A stretch of 64,000 nt of DNA from Ginglymostoma cirratum (GCA_024137785.1 JAHRHZ010000087.1:17426258-17490257); one strand, 5' to 3'. Counted from the first letter of the stretch, positions 1 through 13,330 are shown. Notes: a model not told the origin generated them from the sequence alone. Made by a program: numbers and translations.

Positions 1-289
1 CAGATTTTCAACACATCTTTTTCAGATCTGCCACTTGCAGTCACATTTTTAGGAATAATTATACCAAGACCTCCTTACACTTATACTTCAAACCCGCTTG
101 CAATAAAGGCTAACATCACTTTGTTTCCCTGATTGATTTCTGTACCTGTACATTAACATTTTGTAATTAGACACAATGCAACATCATGAGTTTCATGGAT
201 CTGTGTAAAGTGGTTCATGATAGTGACACAAAAATGAAATGCTTAAAAGCTTGAGTTCGATAATGTTATTCAAGATATTTATACCAAGA

Positions 290-640
290 GGACACATGCA
301 GCTGACAGCCCAGTGCAGATGTGCTCACCAGACAATTCCAGGGGATTGTAGAACTAGGGGATACAGTCTAAAAATGTCAGACCATTCAGGAGATGTTAGT
401 AAGCCCTTCTACACACAAAAAATGGCAGAGATTTAGAGCTCTTTTCAGCAAACAGCACCTGATGCCTAATCAGTTGTTCATTTTAGACTTGAAATAGATT
501 AGTTTTTGTTAAGAAAAGTGTTAAGGGGATTTGGGCCAAGGCATATGGAGTTAGGTAACAGATCATCCATGATTTCATTAAAAGACAGAACTGGCTCAAG
601 GGCTTCAATGGCCTACTCCTGTTCCTATGTTCCAATGTTC
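290..640 (+). mobile_element. CR1-like LINE 3' fragment, degenerate
   Basis: Resembles CR1 ORF2 end (agaactagggg...ttctacacacaa) and ends in a CR1-type tail aatggcctactcctgttcctatgttcc. Confidence 0.65.
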
Positions 641-699
641 CAATAGAACATTAGGTGTTCCAGATAGAAGATGTTAATAAAAATCCTGTTTTCTCAGCT

Positions 700-2242
700 T
701 AACCAGATATAAAGATTGGACAAGTAAACCTTAATGTGCCCGGTATGATTTGTAGTATTTTGCACGCCACAAAGCCATTGACTGATGAACAGATCCTAGA
801 AGATTATAAAGGTGCATTTACAAGTCTTGGATATCTTCATGGTCGATATCATCTTGAAGTGGTTGGAAGTATGAGATCAACTGAACATCTACTAAGGAGT
901 AGTGGCCTCAGGTCCAGCCTGAAAGACACGGTATATGAATTGGAAAGGAGGGACTAATCAAGAAAGTGGCAATGTCCATAGACTGGATTAGCAGCATGGT
1001 AGCAGTGAAACAACATAGAAAATTGAGTGTGGAATGATCCAAAGGAATTCAATAAAGTTTTGAAGAGATCTCACCACCCCATGCAAACTATCTCAAAAAA
1101 AGTTTGTCACACCTCGCTAATCCTAAGCCTAAGAAATATTTTCACTACCTCACTGTAAAGGACAGTTACTGGCAGGTAAAGTTTAATGAGAGGTATATTT
1201 TTTCAACTATATTCTAGACATAATTCAAGAGATACAGGTGGTTATGCATATAGTTCATTGCTTCCTCTGCTCCAGAAGAATATCAACACAAACAGCACAA
1301 AATAGTCAGAAGTCATCACAGATCGCCAACAGAATGTAGTCTGACTGCCAGAAAGAGCTCACTAGATGAACCTGAAGCTGATAAAGAAAAAGAAAACGAT
1401 GCAATTGAAGTTGCTTGAAGTCAAGTACATAGGTCATGTACTTGAGAAAGGGTTTTACCCGCAAATCTGTTGGAGAGATGCAGCCACCAAGAAATGTAGC
1501 AGCAGGACAAGAATTTCTTGGACTCATAAGCTATTTCACAAAGCTCTTCACCAATTTGCTCAACCCAAACTACTCTCCCAATAGAAAACACTCTTGAAGC
1601 CAGAAGTCATGACAAACAAAAATGACAAAATCAAGTTAAAATGATAGAAAGACAAATTTCACTTCTATAAATCTGCCAAGTCATTGCCAGAACTGAGCAT
1701 TGAACAGCAAATCAGAATACAAATGTTCAATGCTCTCAACAAAAGTCATCTCATGTGGCAGCTTATAAGGTGTGTTGAGAAGTTCCTACCTCATTCATTT
1801 GCAGTGAATGACCAGATATATCTTGGCCACCGAAGATAACTACGTTCAACACGAGAGGTTTTCCTTCACTGCAAGCAGCTGATGAAGAAGACGTGATCCC
1901 CACCGCCAGCACAGAGCACCAACAACCATCATTCCCACGGTCCACCATTCTTCTGAAAGGAAATGAAGCAGCAACAGCACATCATAGGACCAGCACTCCT
2001 CTGAGAAGGAGCATCATCCTAGGAATGGGCAGATGCTGGATGATCAGAAAAAAACTGCATATATACCATGAGAAGGCACATGATTTATGCCATATGGAGC
2101 TAAAACTGACTAGAGTTAAAACATTATTCTGTTCGTGACCACATGTATTGGGTAACTTGTGTAGCTTGAAACTGAAAATGACAATCTATGCAATTTTTGA
2201 ACACATTTCATTTGAAACAGCCCACATCTCTTAAAGGAGTGG
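700..2242 (+). mobile_element. Ty3/gypsy LTR retrotransposon pol fossil (RT region and downstream remnants)
   Basis: Across frameshifts: LTDEQILEDYKGAFTSLG, DWISSMVAVK, DPKEFNKVLKRSHHPMQT, KDSYWQVK, MQLKLLEVKYIGHVL, all typical gypsy RT motifs; many stops. Confidence 0.8.
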
Positions 2243-2600
2243 TGCATTATGTCTGGAGTAGAGTTTAATGGGAATACAAAAAATGAATCTGACCTAGGTA
2301 ATATTAAAGACTGACACCGTATGTGAGATCTTCAAGATTTTCAGCTGCTATATTGGAATCCTCAGTGGAGGAAGTAGAGAGATGGAGCAAGATCCTTTGT
2401 TCATAGGAAGCTAGGAGATCCTCCAGATCAACGTGCAGGAGTCAGTGTGAATAGGGAGCCACGGAGGCCAATATCAGGACTCAAGATGCATGGACTTCGA
2501 TGCAGTAGCAAAGCAATTCAATAAAGTCATATTAGACATGATCAGTGAAATATCTTCAAATGCTATATCTTACTGACTGGACTACTGACCTCACACACTC
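2233..2600 (+). mobile_element. Putative polypurine tract plus 3' LTR of the gypsy fossil
   Basis: aaaggagtgg (2233-2242) directly followed by TG; AATAAA at 2520; lies downstream of the pol remnants. Confidence 0.4.
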
Positions 2601-3454
2601 TTCACTACACACACTTTAATGGTTTATAATAATTTTGATCAAGTTCTTAACTAATATTCATCTACTCAGTACTGTTACGAGCCACACATCCACATCTTAC
2701 ATCTTGACAACTGTTCAAAAATGAAATTTATGTTATCCGAATAAATTGCACCACATTCAAAGCCACACATAGCTTTGCCTTGTATGAGGAGGAAGTGCAC
2801 AACCAGCAGGAGTTAATTGGAGGGGACAGATACAACTGCACTTCAGAAACATCTGTGAGGAGATCATGCTGGCTACTTCTGGGAAAGAGGTTACTGACAC
2901 CATGGTGAGAGGCAAGGCCAAAACCATTGCAGATAACGGTATTTTCATACACGGTCTTCTTTCTTATGCCACATCACTCCCCATGGTTTTTCGCAACTGT
3001 ATAACTTGTAAAATCACAGCAACTCCAGAAGAAATAAATTAGTAACTCTCCTACACATTTGATGATTGCACTAAATAGCACTGATGGGGTTCCATCTTGC
3101 TGCCTATCGTGTATGTAGCTGTATAACATTAAGTTGAAGTCTTGAAATCCAAATAGCACCAGCTGGTGTCATATCAGTTTCACATGCTGATCAATGTCAT
3201 GATCTGTGTGCTTGACATAATTGTGGACGGAGATTGTTTTGTATGTGTTAATGCTGCCTCCAACATGGCACCTGATCTAATTCAACACATAGGTGCGTGC
3301 ATGTGCTGCAGACTCTATTTTGGAGCTCCAAAAGCATTAATAACATCTAAATAATGGGAATAACTAGTCTAAATTTCTTGCCCATTATGTTCACTATTAA
3401 TACATTTCGCACACAATGAAATCAATTGACTTTTTCAAAAATCACAATAAGTTT

Positions 3455-4685
3455 GATATAAGAGCCAGGAGTAAGCAATTAGGGGCAATTTGTTTTGTTT
3501 TTTACACAGAGTGTGGTTTTAGTGTGGAAAGAACTGCCAGACAAAGTGGTGGATGCAGGTATAATTACAATATTTAAAAGACGTTTAGATAAGTACATGA
3601 ATAAGAAATGTTTGAAGTGATATGGACCAAGCACAGGCAGGTGGGACTAATTTAGTTTGGGATTATGGTTGGCATGGACTGGTTGGACTGAAGGGTCTGT
3701 TTCTTGCTGTATGACTCTATGACTCTATAATTCAACTTCTTGAGCTTGCACCACCATTTGCTACAATCATGGTTGATCTCATCTTGGTCTCAACTCCACT
3801 TTCCTGCCTGCTTTCCATAACACTTTGACCTCTTACAGATTAAAAATCTGTCTCGTCCTTAAACTTACTCGATGTCCCAGCATGTATCATACTATGTGTA
3901 GTGATTTCCACAGATTCACAACCTTTTGACAGAATTTCCCTTTGTTTTAAATCTGCTACTCCCTATCCTAAAACTAATTCCTCCCAGTCTAGATTGCCCT
4001 ACATGAGGCAATATCCTCTCTAAGTCTACTTTGACAATCCTCATTAGCATCTTTAATAATTCAATTAGATCTCCTCTAATTCTTTTAAACTCCAGAGGGA
4101 ATAGGCTTAAACTGCTTATTCTCTCCTCATAAAACAAGCTCCTCATCTCAGAATCAATCTAGTAAACCACCTCTGAAGTGCCTCCAATGTAACTGCATCC
4201 CTCCCCAAGTAGGGGAACCAAAGTTGTACGCATACTCCAGGTGTGATCTCACCAATGTCTTGTATAGTGGTAGCAATACTTCCCTACTTTTATACTTTAA
4301 TCCTTTGGCAATATATGCCAAAATTCCATTTTCCTTCCTTATTATCTGCTATACCTGCATACTAGTTTTCTGCAGTTCATGCACAAGGATGCCCAGATTC
4401 CTCTGCACCGAAGTTTCGTCCAGTTAGATAATGAGTTGCCTTTCTATTCCTCTGACTACAATGGATAACCTCACACGAATCCATGTTAAACTGCCAAATT
4501 TTAGTCCCTTCACCTAATCAACCATATGCACTTGTACATTTCTTATTTCTTCATTTCAGCTTGCTTCCCCACCTATTTTAGTGACATCTACAAATTTGGC
4601 TGAAGTACATTCTATCCCTGCATCCAAGTCCGTAATATAGATTGTAAATAGTTGCTGCCTGAGGACCAGACTCTGTGGCACCGCA
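3455..4685 (-). mobile_element. CR1-like LINE 3' fragment, interrupted by a second CR1
   Basis: ORF 3916-4146(-) LFYEERISSLSLFPLEFKRIRGDLIELLKML is CR1 ORF2 C-terminus; the tail is split at 3480/3729. Confidence 0.85.
3481..3728 (+). mobile_element. CR1/HER1-like LINE 3' end
   Basis: ttttacacagagtgtgg...gaagggtctgtttcttgctgt followed by a tandem atgactct tail. Confidence 0.85.
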
Positions 4686-5919
4686 AATGTTCTGTGCAAT
4701 GTTCAAAGATTCTTTGAATCCTCATATTTATGGAGCCCCTCATATTTGTTGTAGTTTGTTGATGTCTCAATGTTAAAGAGAATCAACTAAATATTTATTT
4801 AACATTCCATGATGTGAGCCCACCTACTTCTTCGTTACATGCAAGGGAATCTACTGATTTATTTGCTCTGTGTCCTTTTTAAATACATAGCTATTTTTCC
4901 ATTTCTCCATTTGTTATGATGGGAAGGGGGCTCAGATTTATCTACTCTGGTCGCAAGTTCTTTCAAAAGAAATTCTGAGACCAATCACTTGAAGCTATTC
5001 AATTTTCAGATTTGCGCTAGCAAGAGTGGAAAATGAACAATGTCTACCAAGAAGGCGCAAAGAATTGACCAGTGGAGGAGGAAAATTAGTATTTTTATGT
5101 CTGCCTCCACTTAAATGATATTTTAGCATTAAAACAAAAGTGAAATTTTGGTAAATATTGGGAAAAAAAATCGGAAGAGTACATGTGATTTCTTTTTTTA
5201 CTTAGCTTATTTTAATTAAAAGTTGTTGACAATATTGCCATGGATCAGGGGATAACAGAGGTGGTCAATGCATTTTATTTTTTAAGGGAGGCAATGAGAA
5301 AACAATTGCTAACAGAACAAATTTTCATTTTTTCTTGTGAGAATAACAAATTCCTTTATTTTCTCCATGGTGTCTTGAGCCCTTGTACCTCAATCACTGA
5401 GAGTGTGACAGGAAAGGGAACACAGACAGGCTTTTGGCCAGGATAATGCTAAATTACAGCTGAAGTAGGCAACCAAAATCCAGCACCTCCACAATTGATA
5501 TTGACTTGAACAATTGAAAATGCATAACAGCCACTCAGGGTTAACGTTACTACAATTTTTCTCCATGTAAGGTTGTACCTAGCACTTCCTCAGAGTGAAG
5601 TATTTGAAATCAAAAACTGATTCAACGTAAGTAATGAAATACATCCCTAATGTGATACAGTTCAGTATTTTGATTTTCCAGGAAGCCATGGCATGAGCAA
5701 TATGCATTACTGCCAAATTAAATACAATTAACTTAGCATTTTTTCCTTGAATTCATTGTGTGATAACTGAGTTTTGAATTGTTTTTGTATCATGTTAAGG
5801 GAGGAACTAGTCTTCTGTGCATGTGTCTCATCTCCTGGAGATAGAAATAATTCCAGCATGAACATATTAATCTTTCAAGATCTGTAAGCCATACGCTCAG
5901 CTTTTAAAAGCTATTGATT

Positions 5920-7620
5920 ACAGAATCATAGAATGGTTATAACGCAGAAGGAGACTATTCAGCTCTTCATGTCCATGCCAGCTGTCTGCAAGAGCAACCC
6001 ATCTAGTTCCATTACCTTGCTTTTTTCCTATTGACCTGCAAATTTTTTACTTTACACAATTACCCATTCCTCTTTTGAAGATGACCAATGAATCTGCCAC
6101 CACCATGCCTTCAAGCAGAGAGTAAAGATCCTAACTGTATGCTGTGTAAAATCGTTTTTCCTCATGTCACAGCTGCTTCTTTTACCAATCACTTTAAATC
6201 TGTGCCCTCCTATTCTTGCGTTTTCCACCAAATGGACCAATTTCTCCCTATTGACTGTGTGCAAACTCCTCATGATTTTAGAAAGCCCCAATCAAACATC
6301 CACTTATTTTTCTCTTCCACAAAAAGAACATTCCCGGCTTCCCCAATCTACAAACGTAACTGAAATTTCTTACCCCGGAGCCATTCTTACGAAATGTTTC
6401 TGTATCCTCTCTAATACCCTCGCATTCTTTTCAAAAGTATCTGCCCATTATTTGAAATAATACATCAGTTTAGGCTGAACCAATTTTTTAAAAATTGGTT
6501 CAGGTTCGACATAATTTCCTAGTTTTTGAACTCTGTGTCCAAATTTATAAGGTCTAAGATCTCTATGGCTTATTAAACACTTGCTCAACAATTTCTGTTC
6601 CCTCAATGATTTGTTCATATGTCTGCAGGTGACAGAAATGTCTCTCATTTTGTTTCCCTTCCTTTATTTTACCAAAATTAATCACTTCATATTTTTTGCC
6701 CTAAGTTTCATGTGTTACTTGATTGCCCATTCCATGATCCTTGATGTTTGTTGATATCCTCCTCATAATCCAAATGCTTCCAAATTTTGTGTCATCCACA
6801 CATTCTAGAATTGTGCCCAGGGTACGAATATCTAAATCATTAATGTAGATCAAGGAAAGCAGTGATCTTAGCACTGATCCCTAGAGAATCCCACTATATC
6901 TTCAATCTGAAAAATAACATTTATCACTACTATTTGTTTCTTGTTGCTCACCCAAATTCATGTACATGCCACAAAGCCCTTTTTGTTGCATAGGCTTTAA
7001 TTTTGCTGACAAGCTGTCACATGGAAAATGCCATTTGGAAATCCACATGCAACATATCAACTCTCTCTATACCTCATCAAAAACACGAACACAAGTTTGT
7101 TAAGCAAGAATTGTCCTTAACAGATCTGTATTGTCTCTCTTTCATTCATCCACATTTCTTCAAGTGACAATGAATTTTGCTGTGAATAATAATTTCTAAA
7201 AGCCTTTCCACCATGGAGGTGAAACTGCCTGGCCTACAGTTGCTGGGCTTCTCCTTCCACTCTTTTTTGAACAATTCTGGAGAACACTGGCATCATCTAT
7301 ATTTCTTAGGGGCATTGGAAGTTTATGACCAGTTCGTCCACGATTTCCGTTCATATTTCTCTTGGTATTCTTGGGTCATTTGTGCTGGGAGACTTATCAA
7401 CTTTAAGCACAGCCAGCCGAACAGATACCCTCTGTATAGATTTTAGTCAATCCAGTGTCTCAGTTGCCTTTTCTTTCACTATGACTTCAGCAGCATCTTT
7501 TTCTCTGGTGTACACAGATGCAAAATACTTACCTATTATCTCATCCTTGCCATTGCCTCCATGTATAAATTTTTCATTTCCTAATCAACCTGACTCCTCC
7601 TTTACTACGCTTTTATACAT
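5920..7620 (-). mobile_element. Long degenerate CR1-like LINE fragment
   Basis: Reverse-complement tail acagaatcatagaatgg at 5920; ORF 6052-6291(-) KIMRSLHTVNREKL..GGHRFKVIGKR is CR1 ORF2. Confidence 0.8.
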
Positions 7621-9149
7621 TATTTATGTCTAAAAGAGACTTTAAGATTAGTCATTATGTTAGCTGGCTGTCTCTTCTCATACTCTCTCTTTGCTTCTTT
7701 TTTTCCAACTTCTCCTCTGAACTTTCTACTTATGGCTTGGTTCTTCATTGTGTTATCCATTTTTCTTTTGACAAGTGCGTGAATTTCTGCTTTATGTTAA
7801 TATTTACCAGTTCTATCATGCAGGCACCAATGGAGTTTTGTCTTACTTTATTCCTCCTCTATCTTTATTGATCCTATCTGTGTAGCTTGCCTTCCTATTG
7901 CCATGCTTGTCACACTTTTTCATCAGCTTTTTCTTAGATATCTACATATTTACTATTGGTTTTATGCACATAAACTGGTCATTCTGGTTACATGGTCTGC
8001 ACATCTGGGCAGCGGGTTATCGTAATTCACAAATAATTCTTTCTCGAAAGTTTTTGCAACTGCCATTTGTAGCCCCTGTAAATAAAATTTATAATGCCTT
8101 TAAAAAGGGTGAAACAAAATGACAAATACATATGTCAGAATAACACATTGCCCATAAGGTTTCAACCTCTTCCAAAACCATGGGTTAGGATGTTGGGATA
8201 TTTCTCAACAGAACTATGAGATGGTGAGCTTAATTTGAGTTTGCTATAAGAACACATACAATGTATTTATATTTTCCAAGATATATATTTTTATCTTTAG
8301 CTATGGTGTGTTTTGTTCTGTACTTTGTTAATGATGCAAAATGTATTGATAAAAAATATCCAAAAGCTCTTTCCAGGTAAAATTTATATCAAATAAATAG
8401 GCTCTATCCATTCCTTTCAACGGCTAATTTTGCGTGTTGAGACAAAAAAAAAGTCCTACTGATTACATTCTTTGTATCTTTATATCCCATAAATGTTCAA
8501 TAAGAGACTATGAGAATGGTTTCTGATTGCCATCTACCCCAATTACAATGGAAAATTGAACGTTTAAAATTAGAATAACCTTTTTCAGGTTAGCCTCAAA
8601 ATGGAGTGCCAGCATTCCTGCCTGACTCAAGTGGGAGCCAAGACCGTGCTGAGTGATTTGAGAAGGCGTCTAGCGCAGATGGGCTGGAAATACAGATTGG
8701 CCAAGCTAATGTTCAAGGCAGAGAGAGTTTGAGCTCAAACCAAGCATATTTCCATAAGGAAGAAAGTTGTTCTACCCAAAGCTAGGACACTCTGGAAATA
8801 AAGTTTAAAATAAAACAGGAAATGACTTATGACAACTATCAGGTACAGTTAGTACAGAAAACCAGGCAAAATACAGAGGACTAAATTTTAAGGAGCCTGG
8901 AAGAGCACGAAATGTGATGTGCAGGATAACTTTGTTAGGTAGGACAGAAAACCTCAATTTCCATACAGCCGGTGGAAATGCTGGACATTCAGCAGCATTT
9001 TTGTGGCGTACCAAAACCTGTGCCAGCCCGTGACAGCTCCTACTTGCAATATATTATCATGCTGTGAATACTCATTAGCATATTGTAAAAATTACACCAA
9101 TTCTTCAAGACAAAGGCAAGAGCGTATGAGAATCACATGACACCTGATT

Positions 9150-10380
9150 CACATTTGAGGCAATACTTTTGTGTTGTGTGTTGCGCTGGGATGAAGACAA
9201 TGTGAAACAGTGACTAAGTATCATTCTGTCGCGAGGTTAGTTTTAAACTGTCTGTACCCTCTTTCTCTTTCACAACTGGCTTGAAGGCAGAGTGTGGGAC
9301 AAGTACATTAAGGCTGAATAACCAGGGCCCAGGGTTCTGGTGGAAGTAGAGCGCTCTTGTGCTCAGGTTATGGACAGAACTGCTGTGCTTATGTCATGAT
9401 TATGGCCACAGACCTCAGGTTGGGAGCGAGGCCTGGGACCTGGGACAGGAGCAACTCTACAGGCTGTGATTCCTGTTCCTGGCCCTGCTTAAGATTGTAA
9501 CATGGGTAAATGAACATGAGGATACACCGGACTAGAAGTGATAAATTGTGGCCTATTAAGTGAGATGACTAAATTTGGAATTCCAAGTCTGGAAAACGTA
9601 GCTTTCAAAGAAGCAGTCTTGTCAGTTGAGTTTGTCTACTTCAATCCATCAGGAATAGTTGCTCACAATGAGGAAAACCTTATTCTTGAACATAAACATA
9701 AAACATTAGCACCAAGGTGTTTCCAACATCTAGTCAGAAAAAAGAAGGGCAAAAGATGATCTTTCTGACCCTACCTATATCAAGCACAGATGGTGTAGTT
9801 AGAAAACACTTCCCTAAGGGAATGAAACATTCAAAGCCACTATAACCACTGATGCTGGGAAATATCTATTTGATAATACTGGGACAGGGTTGTTGGGAGC
9901 ACACTCTGGCTAACTTTTACAGCATAACTGTAGCTTCGTCTTGGTGGCTGGCAAATAATAAATGGTTAAGGTTACAAATGCCTTGACTCCTTGAACAAAT
10001 TCTTCCCCACTTCAGACATTGATTGGGATCCTTGGTAAAGCATCAGCAGTAGACCAGTATTTCTTGTATCCATGTTGTACTGCAAGAGTTTCAAATTGAA
10101 TCATAGCAACCTGTGGCATCTTTGCACATTCTTTTGTATTTAAGAAGGTTATCAATGGCTTGTGGTCAGTTTAAATCTCAATCTGTAAACGCAAGTTGTA
10201 CTCAGGCAAGACCAAAAATTCTCAAATGCCTCTCTCTTCATATCTGTAACTTTGTTCTGTATCTGGAAGAGATCTGGATACTACCCTGGCTGTCTGATTG
10301 CAATATGTTGAATTTGCCACAAAACTACCCCCAGGTCTGTGAATGATGCATCAGCTGCTGTGATAAAAATCATTGATGGT
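9150..10380 (-). mobile_element. Ty3/gypsy pol fossil (RNase H plus integrase)
   Basis: Minus strand reads AADASFTDLGVVLWQ, SRSLPDTEQ, TDHKPLITFLNTK, TADALPR (RNase H), then WIEVDKL, LKATFSRLGIPNLVISLNRPQF, ITSSPVYP (integrase); RH-then-INT order is gypsy. Confidence 0.8.
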
Positions 10381-10677
10381 GCCAGGACCAGTGAATAAAG
10401 GTGATTAAGAAAGTGAATAGGATGATAAATTGGGGCATTAAATACAAAAATTATGAAGTCGTATTAAAACTTTAAAAATCATTGCTCAGTCTCGGCTGGA
10501 GTATTGAGTACATTTCTGGGTAAGGCATTTCAGAATGAATTCTGACCCTTGGAGAAGGTACACTGGAGATTCACTAGGATGAAACCAAGTCTGAAGGATT
10601 TTTGTTATATGGAGAGACCAGAGAAACTGGGATTCTTCTCCCTGGAAGAAAAATGGTGCAGGAGAAATCCAATACAA

Positions 10678-11860
10678 TATTGAAAATTGAGAGCTATTTT
10701 AATAGAGCAATTAGACAGAAACATGTGGCCAGATAGACCAGGGTCTGAACAATTAGTCCCAAAACTAGTATGGGCAATCTTTGAGCAGCCAAGCCCAATG
10801 GAACTTTCAAGACAGGTCAAGAATGAAGCATCCACACAAGACATAGGCAAGCAAGGACAAGACCACACTTGCCCTGCAAAAACGAAACTGGTTTGTGTAT
10901 CGGAGTACACAATCAGAAGACTCACCAGAGTCCCAAGTTCCTGCTATGACCATGCATGGAGTGGAAGAAGAACAGCGGGGGATGGATGTCAAGGGCAGCC
11001 CCTGTGGCTACTATATATGGCATTGGGGATCCCCTTGGATGCTGTGACCTTGAAATAGACCTGGAAAATCAATTGGCTGATGGCCAGAGAACATTCCAGA
11101 CGGATGCGGCAAGGAAAGATAAGAAGAAAAACCCGGTGGCCATTCTCTCAGCAAAGACTTTAGGGGCAGCACGGTGGCTCAGTGGTTAGCACAGTTGCCT
11201 CACAGTCCCAGGGAGTTGGGTTCAATTCCACCCTCAGGTGACTGTCTGTGCGGAGTTCGCACATTTTCCCCGTGTCAGCGTGGGGGTGCTCTGGGTTCCT
11301 CCCACAGTCCAAAGATGTGCAGGCTAGGTGGATTGGCCATGCTAAATTGCCCATAGTGTTCAGGGATGCGTAGATTAGGGGGATGGGTTTGGGTGGGATG
11401 CTCTCAGGGTCAGTGTGGTCTTGTTGGGCCGAAGGGCCTGTTTTCACATTTATAGTTTCCTCTGAAACCTGTCCCAGCAGCACAGGTCTAACCACCGAGA
11501 GAGAGAGAGAGACAGAGACAGAGAGGGCGGCGGGGTGAGACCATGTGCGAGACCAACTTACGCTAACTTGATCACAGCTGACTACAAAGGCTGGCCAACT
11601 TCAAGTGCACAGTAAGTATCTGTACCTCGTCTGATAGCCATTAGTAGTTTTATTAAGGATTGTGACAAAGACTTATTGTCACAATTAGTAGAGTAATTAA
11701 TGTAAGAATCAAGAGTTTTATAGGAAAAATGAAGGGTCATAGATAATATTTGGAAATACACTCCTTTCTGTGCCTCTAGTGTATTTTGTGATTAAAATTA
11801 TATTAAATTGCAAGTCAACTCTGACCCTTTTGTCCATCTCATGAGTAAAACGAGTTTACA
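10678..11860 (+). mobile_element. Solo LTR candidate
   Basis: Interrupts the CR1; ends tattg...ttaca (TG presumably decayed to TA; CA end intact); flanked by tacaa/tagaa (4/5 TSD match); no coding similarity seen. Confidence 0.55.
11163..11450 (+). mobile_element. HE1-type V-SINE
   Basis: tRNA-like head (A box tggctcagtgg, B box ggttcaattcc), V-domain tgtgcggagttcgcacattttcccc...tccaaagatgtgcagg, CR1-type tail gggccgaagggcctgttt. Confidence 0.9.
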
Positions 11861-12298
11861 TAGAAATTGGTCCAAATGTCCAAAGCATGGACAACAAATA
11901 TTTACCCCAGTTTGCTACCCAATGATCATAGATTGAAAATAATTGATTAATGAACAAGAGGGAAAATCAAAATCCTTTTACACAGAGAGTTGTTAGAAAA
12001 TGAAATACTCAACTTGAACAAGTGGTAAAGGCAGATTCCATAGAAATTTTCAAAAACTAATTCAATATGGGACAAATTTTTATGGTTGATGAGATAAAGC
12101 TAGGATATAGTACCAAAGTGAACAACTTTGTCTAAGACTCTACACAGGCATGATGGGCCAGATTGCTTCCTTCTGTACTGTTAAGACCTAATGAAAGAGG
12201 TTTGCATGGCTGATAGGTTGAATGCTTCTCCTGGCTTCATAAAATGGAAATATTCACCTGTTCTATACACAAATTACAAAAGGTTTATTTGTCATATT

Positions 12299-12520
12299 CA
12301 ATACAGTGTGAAACTGGAGGAACACAGCAGGACAGGCAACATCTAAGGAGCAGGAGAGTTGTATTTCAGGTCGGAACCCTTCATCAGGACAGACCTGATG
12401 AAAGGTCCTGACCCGAAACGTCCACTTTCCTGTTCCTCTGATGCTGCCTGATCTGCTGTGTTCCTCCAGCTTTACACTGTATTGACTTTGACTCCAGCAT
12501 CTGCAGTTTTTGCTATCTCC
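12299..12520. mobile_element. Penelope-like terminal repeat, fold-back pair with hammerhead cores
   Basis: Inverted arms 12299-12390 and 12392-12484; + arm has ctgatga..ggtc.tgaccc.gaaacgtc (12395-12422). Confidence 0.8.
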
Positions 12521-13330
12521 ATTATGTCTCATTATTTGCTTCAAACAAGTGTGCAGGTTCGTACCCACTTTATCCTAATAAGCATCAGTTAAAAATTGTT
12601 ACTAATGAATTTGAATCATTGTAGTTGAGTTTATTCTTGAAAAAAATTTCAATTTTGAAACAAGTAACCTTGATTATTGATTGTGACTCATCATCTCAGC
12701 TCACTGTTTTGCTGACCCAGTTGTGTTCTCTCCAAACACATGGGTGCATTCTGAAAATGTCACATTGTTGAATTGGTGCTTATATTATGCTTAATAGAAT
12801 CAATTTCTAATTACACTAATTACCATAGCCAAAACAGAGCTGAAGTTATGTTTCAGTCAGAGAGGGGGACGAGTGGAAACTGATTTCACTTCTAAACAAG
12901 AATCCCATTCATTCTTTGAGATTCAGTAAGTTGAACATCACAAACACAAGAATGAAGAACTAAAATACAAATTGCACAGCTAAATTAAGTTAATACAAAT
13001 GCTTCTTGTGTATGTTCAGATGTATTCTATAATCTTAGGAGATAGCAAATAAACTGAGTTGTGTTAAGGTTTTTGAGCATTTTTTGCCATGAAGCTTAAT
13101 GAGTTTTCTCATGATATTTTACTAAACTCACTGCATAATTTATTTATCTGACCTTATACAGTCCATTTACTATTCCATTTTAGCATATACTATTTCCAAA
13201 ATAATTTGCCATTCAGCATATATCCACCCAAAGATCAAGGCATCCCTTACAGCCACTAAAAATGGCAGTGCAGCTAGAAGAGTGCTGGCCTTCTGTTGCA
13301 GTCTCGCTCATTCACAGACAGAGTCAGAAC

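Larger units (their letters stand above)
10400..12190 (+). mobile_element. Old CR1-like fragment split by an LTR insertion
   Basis: CR1 ORF2-like 10400-10677 (ctggagtattg..ttctgg, gagaaactgggattcttctccctgga) resumes at 11861 (ttttacacagagagttg...tgatgggccagattgcttcc). Confidence 0.7.

Noticed and set aside
2720-3350. Possible further Harbinger C-terminal remnant
   Set aside because: Only vague compositional resemblance, no catalytic motif
11163-11235. tRNA-like A/B boxes
   Set aside because: SINE head that continues into the V-domain, not a tRNA gene; the same applies at 43396 and 46945
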